A stretch of DNA of 58,991 bases from Minisyncoccota bacterium (GCA_028695415.1 JAQVIY010000004.1:1-58991); one strand, 5' to 3'. Shown: positions 9,927 to 19,357, counted from the stretch's first letter. Numbers and translations: made by a program. The notes: generated from the sequence alone by a model not told the origin.

Positions 9927-10496
9927 GTGGCTACCGACCGACTTCGCATTAATAATGAAATAAACGCGCACGAGCTGCGCGTTGTTAGCGCAGACGGCAC
10001 CAACCTCGGTGTCCTCTCGCTTGAGGCCGCCCTTGCAGCCGCCAAGCAGGCCGGAGCCGACCTGATAGAGATTTCGCCCTCGGCCGTCCCGCCCATTGCG
10101 AAGATCATGGATTATGGTAAATTTGAGTACGAACGGAGCAAGAAGGAAAAGGTAGCAAAAGCCAAGGTAAAAGTATCGGAAACGAAGGAAGTCCAGATCA
10201 AAGTGGGCACCGGCGACAACGATATGGCGCTGAAGGCTAGAAAGGCGGCTGAGTGGCTCGCCGAGGGCCATCGGGTCCGCGCCGAGCTCTTCCTGAAAGG
10301 CCGTTATAAGGGTATGGAGGAGAAGTTCCTCAAGGAGCGCCTTGAGCGATTCCTGAAGATTATCCCCTACGCCTACAAGGTCGCCGAGCCGATAGCCAAG
10401 AGCCCAAAGGGGTTTGCGGGTGTCATCGAACGCGATCTTGCCGCCCAAGCGAAGCGAGAAAAGGAGCAAGCAACCAAACAAAATGAAAACCAATAA
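9927..10496 (+). CDS. infC: translation initiation factor IF-3
   Basis: RINNEINAHELRVVSADG..DLIEISPSAVPPIAKIMDYGKFEYE; GTG start. Confidence 0.9.
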   Translation: MATDRLRINNEINAHELRVVSADGTNLGVLSLEAALAAAKQAGADLIEISPSAVPPIAKIMDYGKFEYERSKKEKVAKAKVKVSETKEVQIKVGTGDNDMALKARKAAEWLAEGHRVRAELFLKGRYKGMEEKFLKERLERFLKIIPYAYKVAEPIAKSPKGFAGVIERDLAAQAKREKEQATKQNENQ

Positions 10497-10677
10497 ATCT
10501 TATACCAAGCGCATACGAGTCACCCGCAACGGGAAGCTTGTCGCGCGCGCAAAAGGTCAGAATCATTTCAACGCAAAAGAGAGCGGTTCTACCGGTTCAG
10601 CGAAGCGCCGCTCGGTTACCCTTACGCTCACGGCAAAAGTTCGCCGCCGTTTCCTCCCCGGCACTGGTGCAAAATAA
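10483..10677 (+). CDS. rpmI: 50S ribosomal protein L35
   Basis: MKTNKSYTKRIRVTRNGKLVARAKGQNH; ATG at 10483 inside the longer track ORF; overlaps the infC end. Confidence 0.9.
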   Translation: MKTNKSYTKRIRVTRNGKLVARAKGQNHFNAKESGSTGSAKRRSVTLTLTAKVRRRFLPGTGAK

Positions 10678-10700
10678 TACTAGGTAGTAATCATTTCTGT

Positions 10701-11048
10701 ATGACAAGAATCAAAGGTGGCGTCCAAGCAAACAAGCGTCGTAAAAATATGCTCGAGCGAGCCAAGGGCTACCGCGGCATCCGCTCCAAGAAGCTCAACT
10801 TCGCACACGAGGCGCTTATGCGCGCCGGCCGCTACGCCTTCGCCCATCGTCGCGACAAGAAGACCGTTTTCCGCCAGCTCTGGATTGTGCGCCTCAACGC
10901 CGCTATCCGCGAAGCAGGTCATAAATCCTACAGCGTCTTTCTTGCGAAGCTGAAAAAAAACGGCTTCGAGCTCAATCGTAAGGTCCTCGCCGAGTTCGCC
11001 TCCGAACGCCCCGAGATCTTCGACAGAATCCAGAAGCAAGTCATCTAA
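10701..11048 (+). CDS. rplT: 50S ribosomal protein L20
   Basis: MTRIKGGVQANKRRKNMLERAKGYRG..RQLWIVRLNAA. Confidence 0.95.
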   Translation: MTRIKGGVQANKRRKNMLERAKGYRGIRSKKLNFAHEALMRAGRYAFAHRRDKKTVFRQLWIVRLNAAIREAGHKSYSVFLAKLKKNGFELNRKVLAEFASERPEIFDRIQKQVI

Positions 11049-11060
11049 CCCTCCCAACAC

Positions 11061-11086
11061 AAAACCGCCCCGAGAGGGGCGGTTTT
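11061..11086. terminator. bidirectional intrinsic terminator (rplT / beta-CASP gene)
   Basis: aaaaccgcccc gaga ggggcggtttt, a perfect stem flanked by an A-run and a T-run. Confidence 0.75.
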
Positions 11087-11087
11087 G

Positions 11088-12479
11088 TTATATTCTCTTC
11101 ACTCCGCTTTTCGTAATCTCCCAAGTCTCTCCTGCTTCGGGAACGACGGCATTACCGCCCAGGTAGTCGTGGATGCGTTGCGCGAGGAAGCGCTCAGCGG
11201 CAGGCTCACCAAGCGCGGTAAAGATAGTCTTGGTGCGCTTGCCAGCGAGTGCAGCTTCGGCGAACTTGAGGAGCTCATCACGGTCAGCGTGCGCCGACCA
11301 GCCCTCGAGATTTTCTACCGCGGCCCGTATCGTCACTTCTTCTCCACCAATACGGACGCTTTTCGCCCCCTCCATCATCCGCCGTCCTGGGCTTCCTGGT
11401 GCTTGATAGCCGATGATGAGAAGCGTGCTTGCGGAGTCGGGCAGATAGCGTGCCTCCCAACGGCCGATGCGCCCACCATGGCTCATACCCGCGCCAGCGA
11501 TGATAATTTTTGATCCTGATATGTTCTCTATTGCTCTCGACTCTTCGGGTCGGAGCGTCTGCTTCAAGAATGGAAATGAGAAGACGCTCCCCTCGCGTTT
11601 CATCTCGTCTTCTGTCTCCTGTTTGAAATAGGTCATCCCCCACTTCTCATACACCGCCGTCACTTTTATCGCGAGCGGCGAGTCAAGGAACACGGGAACT
11701 TCGGGCAACTCTTTTGCAGAGAAGAAATTAGAGAGCTCATAGAGCATGAGTTGCGTGCGCTCGAGCGAGAAAGCGGGAATGAGTATCGTCCCTCCTCTTT
11801 CAATCGCGCGTGCAAGCGTATTACGCAAAACATCAACACGTTCCTTTCGGGATGGATGATTTCGATCACCATACACGCTCTCCATAAGAAGTGCATCGGC
11901 ATCGGGCACCGGCTCCCAATCAGGGAGGAGTGGTGAGGGTGAGTTGCCAATATCGCCCGTAAGCGCGAGCACCGTGCCGTCGTCGCCGGTAATGCGCACG
12001 CTCGCGGAGCCGAGGATATGGCCGGTATTGCGCAGATATATCGATAGCCCTGGAGCAGCCTCTTTTTCGATATGGTAGTCGAGCGTTTCGACGAGCGAGA
12101 ACACAGTCTCTACATCCACGTCGCTATACAATGGCTCCCTGCCGAGTCGTAGAGCCTCCTCTTGTAATATATTCACCGAATCGAGCAATATGAGTGCCGC
12201 AAGATCGCGCGTCGGCGGAGTCATGAAGATCTTTCCCTTGAAGCCGTCTCTCACGAGCTTTGGGATACGGCCGACATGGTCGAGATGCGAGTGCGTAACG
12301 ACGAGTGCATCAATGTTTCTCGGATCATACGGAAACGGACCATACACTTCCTCTACGGCAACATCCGCGCCCTGCTCGATACCGCAGTCAATCAATATCT
12401 TTCCGTGCTCGTTTTCCACTAAAAAATTAGAGCCGGTCACTTTCCCCGCTCCGCCACAAAAGCTCAATCGCAATGACAT
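11088..12479 (-). CDS. MBL-fold beta-CASP RNA-metabolising hydrolase (CPSF/RNase J-like)
   Basis: HSHLDHVGRIP; beta-CASP region; C-terminal AHADRDEL motif. Confidence 0.8.
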   Translation of the reverse strand: MSLRLSFCGGAGKVTGSNFLVENEHGKILIDCGIEQGADVAVEEVYGPFPYDPRNIDALVVTHSHLDHVGRIPKLVRDGFKGKIFMTPPTRDLAALILLDSVNILQEEALRLGREPLYSDVDVETVFSLVETLDYHIEKEAAPGLSIYLRNTGHILGSASVRITGDDGTVLALTGDIGNSPSPLLPDWEPVPDADALLMESVYGDRNHPSRKERVDVLRNTLARAIERGGTILIPAFSLERTQLMLYELSNFFSAKELPEVPVFLDSPLAIKVTAVYEKWGMTYFKQETEDEMKREGSVFSFPFLKQTLRPEESRAIENISGSKIIIAGAGMSHGGRIGRWEARYLPDSASTLLIIGYQAPGSPGRRMMEGAKSVRIGGEEVTIRAAVENLEGWSAHADRDELLKFAEAALAGKRTKTIFTALGEPAAERFLAQRIHDYLGGNAVVPEAGETWEITKSGVKRI

Positions 12480-12495
12480 ATGAGCACTGTACCAT

Positions 12496-12549
12496 GCAGC
12501 CCCTCGCTATTGCTCGGGACGCGCAGCCCCTCGCTATTGCTCGGGACGC
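12496..12549. repeat. perfect 27-bp tandem duplication (x2)
   Basis: gcagcccctcgctattgctcgggacgc occurs twice head-to-tail, 17 nt upstream of the beta-CASP start codon. Confidence 0.9.
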
Positions 12550-12582
12550 AAAAACCCTCATCTCGAGGAGATGAGGGTTTTT
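12550..12582. terminator. bidirectional intrinsic terminator
   Basis: aaaaa ccctcatctc gag gagatgaggg ttttt. Confidence 0.75.
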
Positions 12583-12584
12583 GC

Positions 12585-12756
12585 GGAACTGTCCTCTCTA
12601 GCAACTTTAGTGCTAGGTGGGAGTAACAACGGATGCTATCGGATTTCCTTACGGAATTCGCCAAGCAGACCAGAATGCTGATTTCCCGTGCGAGAATCAA
12701 GTTGCGTTTTCAAGAACAGCTCCATCTATAAGTATACTCCCCCGCACAAGGGAGGG
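12585..12756 (-). ncRNA. candidate structured RNA of unknown class between ndk and the terminator
   Basis: A 10-bp long-range helix (12714-12723 with 12585-12594) contains two G.U pairs that are valid only on the minus strand. Also internal hairpins, including a GUAA tetraloop, and a 5' hairpin at 12737-12756. No ORF. Confidence 0.3.
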
Positions 12757-12770
12757 CTGTGGAAAACAAA

Positions 12771-13247
12771 TTAGAACACCTCCTCGGCGTTTATGAAGTT
12801 GAAGTCGTTGCGCTTGTAAGCAAAGAGCTCGTTTTCAGAAAAAAACCGCGCCACTTCCTTTATGCCATTGTCGACGCTGTCGGACGCATGCACGATGTTC
12901 GACTGCATTGAGAGTGAGAAATCGCCGCGGATAGTTCCCGCTGCCGCCTCAAACCCCTTGGTCGGCCCAACGATAAGTCGCGTCGCCGCGACAGCCTCGA
13001 TGCCCGAGAGCACCATCACCACGACCGGCGATGCTTTCATAAAGTTCTTGATGCCCTCAAAGAACGGCTTGTCCTTGATGTGTTCGTAATGTGCTTCGAG
13101 AAGTACATCCTGGAGTTCCACCATCTTCATGCCGATTATCTTGAGCCCTTTGCGCTCGAAACGGCTGACCACATCTCCCACGAGCCCGCGCTGTATCGCG
13201 TCCGGCTTCAAGATGATAAGCGTCCTTTCTTCTTTCGGATGTGTCAT
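12771..13247 (-). CDS. ndk: nucleoside diphosphate kinase
   Basis: ERTLIILKPDAIQRGLVG..NIVHASDS. Confidence 0.95.
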   Translation of the reverse strand: MTHPKEERTLIILKPDAIQRGLVGDVVSRFERKGLKIIGMKMVELQDVLLEAHYEHIKDKPFFEGIKNFMKASPVVVMVLSGIEAVAATRLIVGPTKGFEAAAGTIRGDFSLSMQSNIVHASDSVDNGIKEVARFFSENELFAYKRNDFNFINAEEVF

Positions 13248-13298
13248 AGATAAAAAAATAAATGCCGGAACGGCTATGCAGCTAAGTATAGACTTGAA

Positions 13299-13871
13299 TC
13301 AGCTTTGGGCAAGTTCGAGAACCGCATCGAGTACGAACGGTATTTGCGCATAAGCATCACCATTGAAATGGCTCTGTGCATGTTCGATGATGACTTTCGA
13401 CCCAAGCTCGAGCTCAAAACGCTTCGCGTTCTCAAGCGGTACATAAGGATCATCGTCAGAGAAGAATGCGATACTCTTCGGAGCACGAGCACGGACGCGC
13501 GCGAGGTCGACCGGCGCTTCGCGCCATTCATCCCAGATGCCTACTTCTTCGTCCTCGCCTAGCGTGAGCGTATCAAAATACCCACCGACATATACGATGC
13601 CACCCACAGTGATTGATTCATCGAGCTCAGCGAGATATCGCGCTACAGTCTGACATCCCATCGAGTGACCAACAAAGTACGTATCGGCATCTGGCGTCCC
13701 GACTGCCGCAGCGAGTGCGGAAACCCATGCATCGATATGCGGGTGTTCCGAATCTGGAAGTGCGAGCGCAACCGCCGTGAACCCTCTCTTTTCAAGTTCG
13801 GTCGAGAGCCATGGGAACCATTCCCTATCCGGAGAACCTCCCCATCCGTGCACAAGAAAGACCCGCTTCAT
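13299..13871 (-). CDS. alpha/beta serine hydrolase (YdeN/RBBP9-like)
   Basis: FLVHGWGGSP and GHSMGC nucleophile elbow; ATGA overlap with the map stop. Confidence 0.65.
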   Translation of the reverse strand: MKRVFLVHGWGGSPDREWFPWLSTELEKRGFTAVALALPDSEHPHIDAWVSALAAAVGTPDADTYFVGHSMGCQTVARYLAELDESITVGGIVYVGGYFDTLTLGEDEEVGIWDEWREAPVDLARVRARAPKSIAFFSDDDPYVPLENAKRFELELGSKVIIEHAQSHFNGDAYAQIPFVLDAVLELAQS

Positions 13872-14632
13872 ATGGTCACGATAGTAGCTCCTCCCTTCTC
13901 GAGCAAGATGGTGTGCTCGAAGTGCGCCGAACGGCTGCCATCTTTGGTGCGGAAGGTGTAGCCGTCTGGCGCGAGCACAACCGCTGCCTTGCCCGCCGAA
14001 GAGATTGGTTCAAGCGCGAGTACCATACCTTCCTCCAAAAGCTCCCCCTCGCCGGGTCGCCCAAAGTTTGGAATAAACGGCTCCTCATGCACGAGTTCGC
14101 CCACGCCGTGCCCGCCGAGTTCCTTTATCACCTTGAAACCCGCATCCTCTATCTCGTTCTGGATAGCGTGTGAAATATCGCCCACGTGCTTACCGGGAAC
14201 CGCCGCGGCAATGCCTGCTGCAAGAGCCGCTTCGGTCGCACGAAGGAGCTTCTTTGTCTCGTCGCCCACCTTCCCCACCGACACCGTGATAGCCGCATCA
14301 ACAACAATGCCATTATGCGTGAGCCCGAGATCAAGCCCGACGATGTCGCCCTCTTTCAACGTTTGTGAAGATTCGTTCGGAATACCGTGCACGACTTCGT
14401 CATTTATAGAGACACAGAGCGTCGCCGGGTACGGGCGACGGGCGCCCTCGGGAGTATAGCCGAGGAAGCAGGGTGTATCGCCGCCCTCGCGTATCAGCTG
14501 TTCGGCAAGCGTGTCGAGCTCCTCGGTCGTAACGCCGGGCGCGACGCGGGCGCGAAGCGCCGCAAGCACCGCCGCGAGGCGCTTCCCGCCCTCAATAAGA
14601 TCCCCGCGCTCAGTATCATTCGTGATAATCAT
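13868..14632 (-). CDS. map: methionine aminopeptidase type I
   Basis: Metal-ligand blocks (DIVGLDLG, GHGVG, LALEP, HFEHT). Start trimmed to ATG 14632, 1 nt after the adk stop. Confidence 0.9.
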   Translation of the reverse strand: MIITNDTERGDLIEGGKRLAAVLAALRARVAPGVTTEELDTLAEQLIREGGDTPCFLGYTPEGARRPYPATLCVSINDEVVHGIPNESSQTLKEGDIVGLDLGLTHNGIVVDAAITVSVGKVGDETKKLLRATEAALAAGIAAAVPGKHVGDISHAIQNEIEDAGFKVIKELGGHGVGELVHEEPFIPNFGRPGEGELLEEGMVLALEPISSAGKAAVVLAPDGYTFRTKDGSRSAHFEHTILLEKGGATIVTI

Positions 14633-14633
14633 C

Positions 14634-15197
14634 TTAGACCCCGAGCGCCTTGCGGATATCTTCAGCAATCGGCTCGCGTGCTCGCTCACCATCAATCTCG
14701 ATAAGATTTCCTGACACGCGGAACTTCTCTATCGCCGGTTCGGTGTGCTCGCGATATTCCCTCAGACGCTCATCAATTGCGTTGTCGTCGGCACGACCCT
14801 CAATGTCTTTACGGAGAGCGATGCGATGCCTGAGCTCTTCATCAGAGACAATGAGATGTATGACCGAGAACGGGCGGCCAATCCACGCGAGCGCCTCTTG
14901 TATAAACTCCGCCTCGGATACTTTCCGCGCGAAACCGTCGAAAATGACACTCTCATCAGCTCCGAGCGAGAAGAGATTCTTGAGGAAGAGGTATTCGGCG
15001 AGCCAGTACGGCTGAAGAATACCGGCATCATTGACTGCCTTCACCTTCTGTCCAACCGGCGTATTCTCAGAAGAAAGCGCGCGGAATTGTTCCCCCGGCG
15101 TTATCACCTTCCATCCCGTCGTTTGCGCGAGAAGCTTCCCCTGATCGCCCTTGCCGCTTCCCGGCTTTCCTACGAGAAATATCGTGCGCGGTTCCAT
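14634..15197 (-). CDS. adk: adenylate kinase (short-lid type)
   Basis: P-loop GKPGSGKGDQ; position after secY. Confidence 0.85.
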   Translation of the reverse strand: MEPRTIFLVGKPGSGKGDQGKLLAQTTGWKVITPGEQFRALSSENTPVGQKVKAVNDAGILQPYWLAEYLFLKNLFSLGADESVIFDGFARKVSEAEFIQEALAWIGRPFSVIHLIVSDEELRHRIALRKDIEGRADDNAIDERLREYREHTEPAIEKFRVSGNLIEIDGERAREPIAEDIRKALGV

Positions 15198-15221
15198 AAT
15201 GCGTTCACTCTAACACTTCTT

Positions 15222-15254
15222 CTATAAAACGAAACCGCCGCATCTTGTGCGGCG
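15222..15254 (-). terminator. hairpin plus U-rich tract after secY
   Basis: On the minus strand: cgccgca caaga tgcggcg, followed by gtttcgttttat. Confidence 0.45.
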
Positions 15255-15260
15255 AGATTT

Positions 15261-16535
15261 CTAGTATTCCCTGAGAGACACTTGGGCATCGATCTTATGA
15301 GCAAGATCGAGCGCGACCTGCACGGCGATAAGGAGCGCGGTACCGCCGAGAACGAGCGTGGTGACGCCGGTAAGGCCTTGAATGATGCTCGGCGAGACAG
15401 CGATAAGCCCAAGGAAGCAAGCGCCAGGGAGCGTGACGCGATTGACGACCTTGCCAATGTACTCTTCAGTCTCGCGGCCGGGACGAACGCCGGGGACGAA
15501 GGCACCGGTCTTTTGGAGGTTCTCGGCGACACGCTTCGGCTCAAAGGTGACGGCGGTGTAGAAGTAGGTGAACAAGACTACGAGGGCAAAGTAGACCGAG
15601 CCGTACTTCCACGGATTCGCGAGGAAGGCGGTGTACCAGAGCGAGGCGCTCGAAGCGAACGAAATATGAAGCGCGCCGAGCATCGAGAGCACCATCTGCG
15701 GGAGCAAGAGGAGCGAGAGCGCGAAGATGATAGGGATAACGCCCGCCTGGAGGAGGCGTATCGGGAGATAGGTCGCCGCGCCCTGCGAGAGCGCTGCACC
15801 GCGCATCGCGCGAGCATAGGCGATAGGGATAGAACGCTCCGCATCAGAGACGATGACCACCGCATAGATCATTGCGAGCGCGAGAACGATGAAGCCGAGA
15901 TAGGCGGGAATATTTGCCGCAGTTGCGGCAAAGAGCGTCTGCGAGATGCTCGACGGAACGCTCGCGAGAATACCTGCGAGAATGATGAGCGAGACTCCAT
16001 TGCCGATGCCGAACTCTGTCACGAGCTCACCGAGCCACATCAGGAGAAGAGAGCCGGCGGCCACAATCGCGATATTCGCCACAAGCGCCAAGGTGCTTAG
16101 ATGCACAATGACCCCTTGCCCTTCGAGGAGAAAGAGGAAGCCGATCGCTTGAAGAATAGCAATCGGGATAGTGAGGAGACGGCTCCACTCGATGAACTTC
16201 GCACGACCTGCCTCTCCTTCTTCAAAATAAGCCTGTTTCACCTGCGGGAAGATGATGGTGCCGAGCTGCATGATGATAGATGCGGTGATGTATGGACCAA
16301 CACCGAGCATCACAATCGAGAGCGAAGAGAGCCCGCCGCCCGAGAAGATGTTCAACAGACCGAAGAATTGATTGTTGGAAAAGAAAGCCGCGAGCGCGTT
16401 TCTATCGACACCCGGAATAGGCACCGAGGCGAGAAGGCGGAAGAGCGCGAGTGCTCCGATGAGGAAGAAAATGCGGACGCGTATTTCGGGAGAGCCGAAG
16501 GCGAGTTTGAGCTTGTGTACGAAAGAATTAAGCAT
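15261..16535 (-). CDS. secY: preprotein translocase subunit SecY
   Basis: 424 aa, 10 TM helices, GVGPYITASIIMQL. Confidence 0.95.
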   Translation of the reverse strand: MLNSFVHKLKLAFGSPEIRVRIFFLIGALALFRLLASVPIPGVDRNALAAFFSNNQFFGLLNIFSGGGLSSLSIVMLGVGPYITASIIMQLGTIIFPQVKQAYFEEGEAGRAKFIEWSRLLTIPIAILQAIGFLFLLEGQGVIVHLSTLALVANIAIVAAGSLLLMWLGELVTEFGIGNGVSLIILAGILASVPSSISQTLFAATAANIPAYLGFIVLALAMIYAVVIVSDAERSIPIAYARAMRGAALSQGAATYLPIRLLQAGVIPIIFALSLLLLPQMVLSMLGALHISFASSASLWYTAFLANPWKYGSVYFALVVLFTYFYTAVTFEPKRVAENLQKTGAFVPGVRPGRETEEYIGKVVNRVTLPGACFLGLIAVSPSIIQGLTGVTTLVLGGTALLIAVQVALDLAHKIDAQVSLREY

Positions 16536-16980
16536 GGATAGTACCGCCAGCCTTCTCGATAGCCGCAGACGCGGCGACAGACAAGTCGCAGTTCTTGATA
16601 ACGAGCGCCTTAGAGATGATGCCGGTACCGAGAATCTTCACCATCGGGGCACGACCCTTCGCGCGACGAACCAGCCCGCGAGCGAGAAGTGTCGCCGGAG
16701 AAACGATCTCGCCCGCCTTGTAATTGAGCTCCAGCTCAGCGAGATTGACCGCCGAGGTTGCGATGCGGTTCGTGCGAACCGTGCGGGCGCGATTCTTGCC
16801 GTGACCGCGGCGCTTCGGGAATTTCTTGATCAGGTCGCGCACTTCAGGGCGGATATGGTGCCCCGCGCGGGCAGTCTGGCCTTTGCCGCCGCGACCGGAG
16901 GTCTTACCGCGCTTACCGCCACGACCGATGTGCGGATTCTTCTTGTTCTTCGTGCGAGGTGCGAGAGAGTTGAGTTGCAT
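16528..16980 (-). CDS. rplO: 50S ribosomal protein L15
   Basis: G/K/R-rich N-terminus (GRGGKRGKTSGRGGKGQ); 8-nt overlap with secY. Confidence 0.93.
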   Translation of the reverse strand: MQLNSLAPRTKNKKNPHIGRGGKRGKTSGRGGKGQTARAGHHIRPEVRDLIKKFPKRRGHGKNRARTVRTNRIATSAVNLAELELNYKAGEIVSPATLLARGLVRRAKGRAPMVKILGTGIISKALVIKNCDLSVAASAAIEKAGGTIHA

Positions 16981-16990
16981 ACGAATGAAA

Positions 16991-17611
16991 TTATTTCGCG
17001 CGAAGCTTCTTCATCGCTACGACCGTGGCACGCGCGATGGTGAGCTTATTCTTAGAACGCGTGTGGATCTTGGTGACCACGTCGGTGACGCCAGCGAGCT
17101 CGAGCACTGTGCGCATTGCTGAACCGGCCACGAGACCACGACCCTTTGACGGGATAATCTCGACCGTAGACGAGGCATACTTAGCCTCGACCTGGTGCGG
17201 GATAGAGCCGGACGCTGTGCGAGGAACGGTGAAAAGATGCTTCTTAGCATCGCGAGTTGCTTTGTCTATCGCGAGCGCAGTATCAACACCCTTACCCAAA
17301 CCCACTCCGACGCGACCCTTACGGTCGCCGATGACGACCGCGATGCTGAAGCTGAAACGGCGTCCGCCTGCCATAACACGTGCCACACGCCGTGCTTCGA
17401 TAGTGACCGAGTCGAACTCGCCGCGCTCGCGCGGAGGACGGCTCGTACGGCCGCCCGGACGTGAAGAACGTCCGCGAATAGCACCGCGACCTCCGCGCGT
17501 CGGCGCTGCTACAGAAGCCGTACTAGCCTCTGTGGCGACAACCTCTGCAACCGTCTCAGGCGCATTCCTCATGCCGTCTTCTACAATCTCTGGTTCCATA
17601 GGTGTAGTCAT
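16991..17611 (-). CDS. rpsE: 30S ribosomal protein S5 with R/G-rich N-terminal extension
   Basis: RVARVMAGGRRFSFSIAVVIGDRKGRVGVGLGKG. Confidence 0.93.
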   Translation of the reverse strand: MTTPMEPEIVEDGMRNAPETVAEVVATEASTASVAAPTRGGRGAIRGRSSRPGGRTSRPPRERGEFDSVTIEARRVARVMAGGRRFSFSIAVVIGDRKGRVGVGLGKGVDTALAIDKATRDAKKHLFTVPRTASGSIPHQVEAKYASSTVEIIPSKGRGLVAGSAMRTVLELAGVTDVVTKIHTRSKNKLTIARATVVAMKKLRAK

Positions 17612-17616
17612 ACTAT

Positions 17617-17967
17617 CTAAAAGGCGAGACCGCCAGCGCGCGCCGTGTCAGCAAGCGTCTTCACTTGTCCGGCATACCGATACCCCGCGCGATCGAACAC
17701 AATCGTCGTGATGCCCATCGCCTTTGCCGCTTTGGCGATCGCCTCACCGACGCCTGCCGCCTGTATCGACTGCGCGCCCTTGAAATCGCGACCGTGAGAC
17801 GCGGCGAGAGTCTTCCCTGCTCCGTCATCAATAAGCTGCGCCGAGACGAAACGATTGCTGCGGAACACCGCGAGGCGCGGGCGTTCTGCGGTTCCCTTGA
17901 TGCTTGCGCGCACGCGCAGGTGGCGACGCTTCCGGAGTTCTTTTTTAGTTGTAGGTTTGTGGTTCAT
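17617..17967 (-). CDS. rplR: 50S ribosomal protein L18
   Basis: RPRLAVFRSNRFVSAQLIDD..FDRAGYRYAG. Confidence 0.93.
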   Translation of the reverse strand: MNHKPTTKKELRKRRHLRVRASIKGTAERPRLAVFRSNRFVSAQLIDDGAGKTLAASHGRDFKGAQSIQAAGVGEAIAKAAKAMGITTIVFDRAGYRYAGQVKTLADTARAGGLAF

Positions 17968-17973
17968 ACGAAA

Positions 17974-18504
17974 TTACACGGCCTTCTTGCCCTGCTTACG
18001 GAGGATAACTTCGCCCTCATAATGGAAACCCTTACCGAGATACGGTTCCGGCGGCTTCACACGGCGGATATTCGCGGCAAACTGCCCAAGCGACTCCTTA
18101 TTGATGCTCTCGAGCGTCATAACGTTCTTCTCAACCTTCGCGGTAATGTCTTCCGGTATCGGGAGCGTCACTTGATGCGAGAAGCCGACCGTAAGCACGA
18201 CCTCTTTACCCTTTATTTCCATGCGGTAGCCGACACCATCGAGAATGAGTTTCTTTACATACGGCGTCTCGACGCCCGCGACCATGTTCTTCACGTGCGA
18301 TGCGTAGGTACCGGTAAGCGCCTTAGCGAGGCGCGAGCGATCCTTCGGAGTGACCATGACACCCTCCGGCGAGACGACAACATCGACTGACGGGTGTACA
18401 TGCTTCGTGAGCGTACCCTTGGCACCTTTGACGGACAGCTCGCCCCCCGCCACTGACACAGTGGTCTTCCCTACGGCAATCGGTTTTTTCGCGAGGCGGG
18501 ACAT
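17974..18504 (-). CDS. rplF: 50S ribosomal protein L6
   Basis: MSRLAKKPI..; two L6 repeats; PEPYLGKG. Confidence 0.93.
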   Translation of the reverse strand: MSRLAKKPIAVGKTTVSVAGGELSVKGAKGTLTKHVHPSVDVVVSPEGVMVTPKDRSRLAKALTGTYASHVKNMVAGVETPYVKKLILDGVGYRMEIKGKEVVLTVGFSHQVTLPIPEDITAKVEKNVMTLESINKESLGQFAANIRRVKPPEPYLGKGFHYEGEVILRKQGKKAV

Positions 18505-18542
18505 ACAATAATTAGTTATCTAGATAGTGAGTGTATATGAAT

Positions 18543-18947
18543 CTACCAAATCTCAAAGAGATTCTCACCGCCGACATTGCTTTTGCGCGCCTCGGCATCA
18601 GTGATGACGCCGAGCGACGATGAGAGAAGGCGGGCACCAGTGCCACCCTTCACACGATGCGCTTCGGTAGTCGGTGCATAGAGGCGGCGACCTGGCTTAC
18701 TGATACGCTTCACGCCGCGAAGCTTCGCGACGCCCTGCTCGTTGTACGCAAGCGTAACAACGACATCTTTCTTCACCTCGCTATCGCCCTTCGCTTTTAC
18801 TTCGACTGAGGAGAGAAAACCGAGCTCCTTGAGCTTCTTCGCAATAGCGAGAAGATGTGCCGAATACGGCACGACGACTTGAGCCTTGCCAATCATTGCA
18901 GCATTCTGCAAACGGATTATGAAATCGCCGACGCGGTCAGTTACCAT
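18543..18947 (-). CDS. rpsH: 30S ribosomal protein S8
   Basis: [16 protein letters not shown]...GENLFEIW; start trimmed from the longer track ORF. Confidence 0.92.
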   Translation of the reverse strand: MVTDRVGDFIIRLQNAAMIGKAQVVVPYSAHLLAIAKKLKELGFLSSVEVKAKGDSEVKKDVVVTLAYNEQGVAKLRGVKRISKPGRRLYAPTTEAHRVKGGTGARLLSSSLGVITDAEARKSNVGGENLFEIW

Positions 18948-19210
18948 GATGCTTTCTTTACGCCCGGTATCTTCCCCTCGCGTGCGAGCTCGCGGAACTG
19001 GATGCGCGAGAGCCCAAAGGTACGCATATACCCGCGCGAGCGGCCGGTGATGGCGCAACGGTTCTTGAGGCGAACCGGAGAGGAATTCCTCGGGAGCGCC
19101 TGAAGCCCGGCAGAGTCACCCGCAGCCTTAAGAGCCGCGCGCTTCGCCGCGTACTTAGCAACCAGTTTCGTCTTTTTGACGAGCCGTGCGAGTTGGGATG
19201 TTTTAGCCAT
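18941..19210 (-). CDS. rpsN: 30S ribosomal protein S14 (long, non-zinc type)
   Basis: [27 protein letters not shown]...W; 89 aa; no CxxC pairs. Confidence 0.92.
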   Translation of the reverse strand: MAKTSQLARLVKKTKLVAKYAAKRAALKAAGDSAGLQALPRNSSPVRLKNRCAITGRSRGYMRTFGLSRIQFRELAREGKIPGVKKASW

Positions 19211-19240
19211 AAAAAATAAAGCCCCGAGGAGCGTGCAAGT

Positions 19241-19269
19241 AATGTATCACCTAGCCTTTATACCGTCAA
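19241..19269 (-). promoter_or_regulatory. sigma70-like promoter for rpsN and downstream spc genes
   Basis: Minus strand reads TTGACG, 17 nt, TACATT. Confidence 0.45.
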
Positions 19270-19357
19270 ACTCGACTTGAGCTCGCCACACTATGCCATT
19301 GTTTTTCTACGGAAAATACGTAGGCAAGCCATATCGAACCTCGTATAAGAAATGGAG

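Noticed and set aside
12585-12756. Assignment of the ndk-downstream structured region as SRP (4.5S) RNA.
   Set aside because: A GNRA (GUAA) hairpin and an AGCA are present. However, the conserved domain IV pattern (GGUCC-GGAA-GGAAGCAGCC with symmetric and asymmetric loops) cannot be aligned. Kept only as an RNA of unknown class.
17025-17711. 228-aa plus-strand ORF.
   Set aside because: It is antisense to rpsE and rplR. The product is low-complexity and Arg/Ser/Pro-rich, typical of shadow ORFs in GC-rich coding DNA.
18948-19058. Long N-terminal extensions implied by the track ORFs for S8, L14, S17, S7, map, MutY-like, VKOR, PLD, XerC, cca and rsmA.
   Set aside because: In each case an internal ATG gives the canonical protein N-terminus and removes the overlap with the upstream gene. 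Starts were trimmed accordingly.
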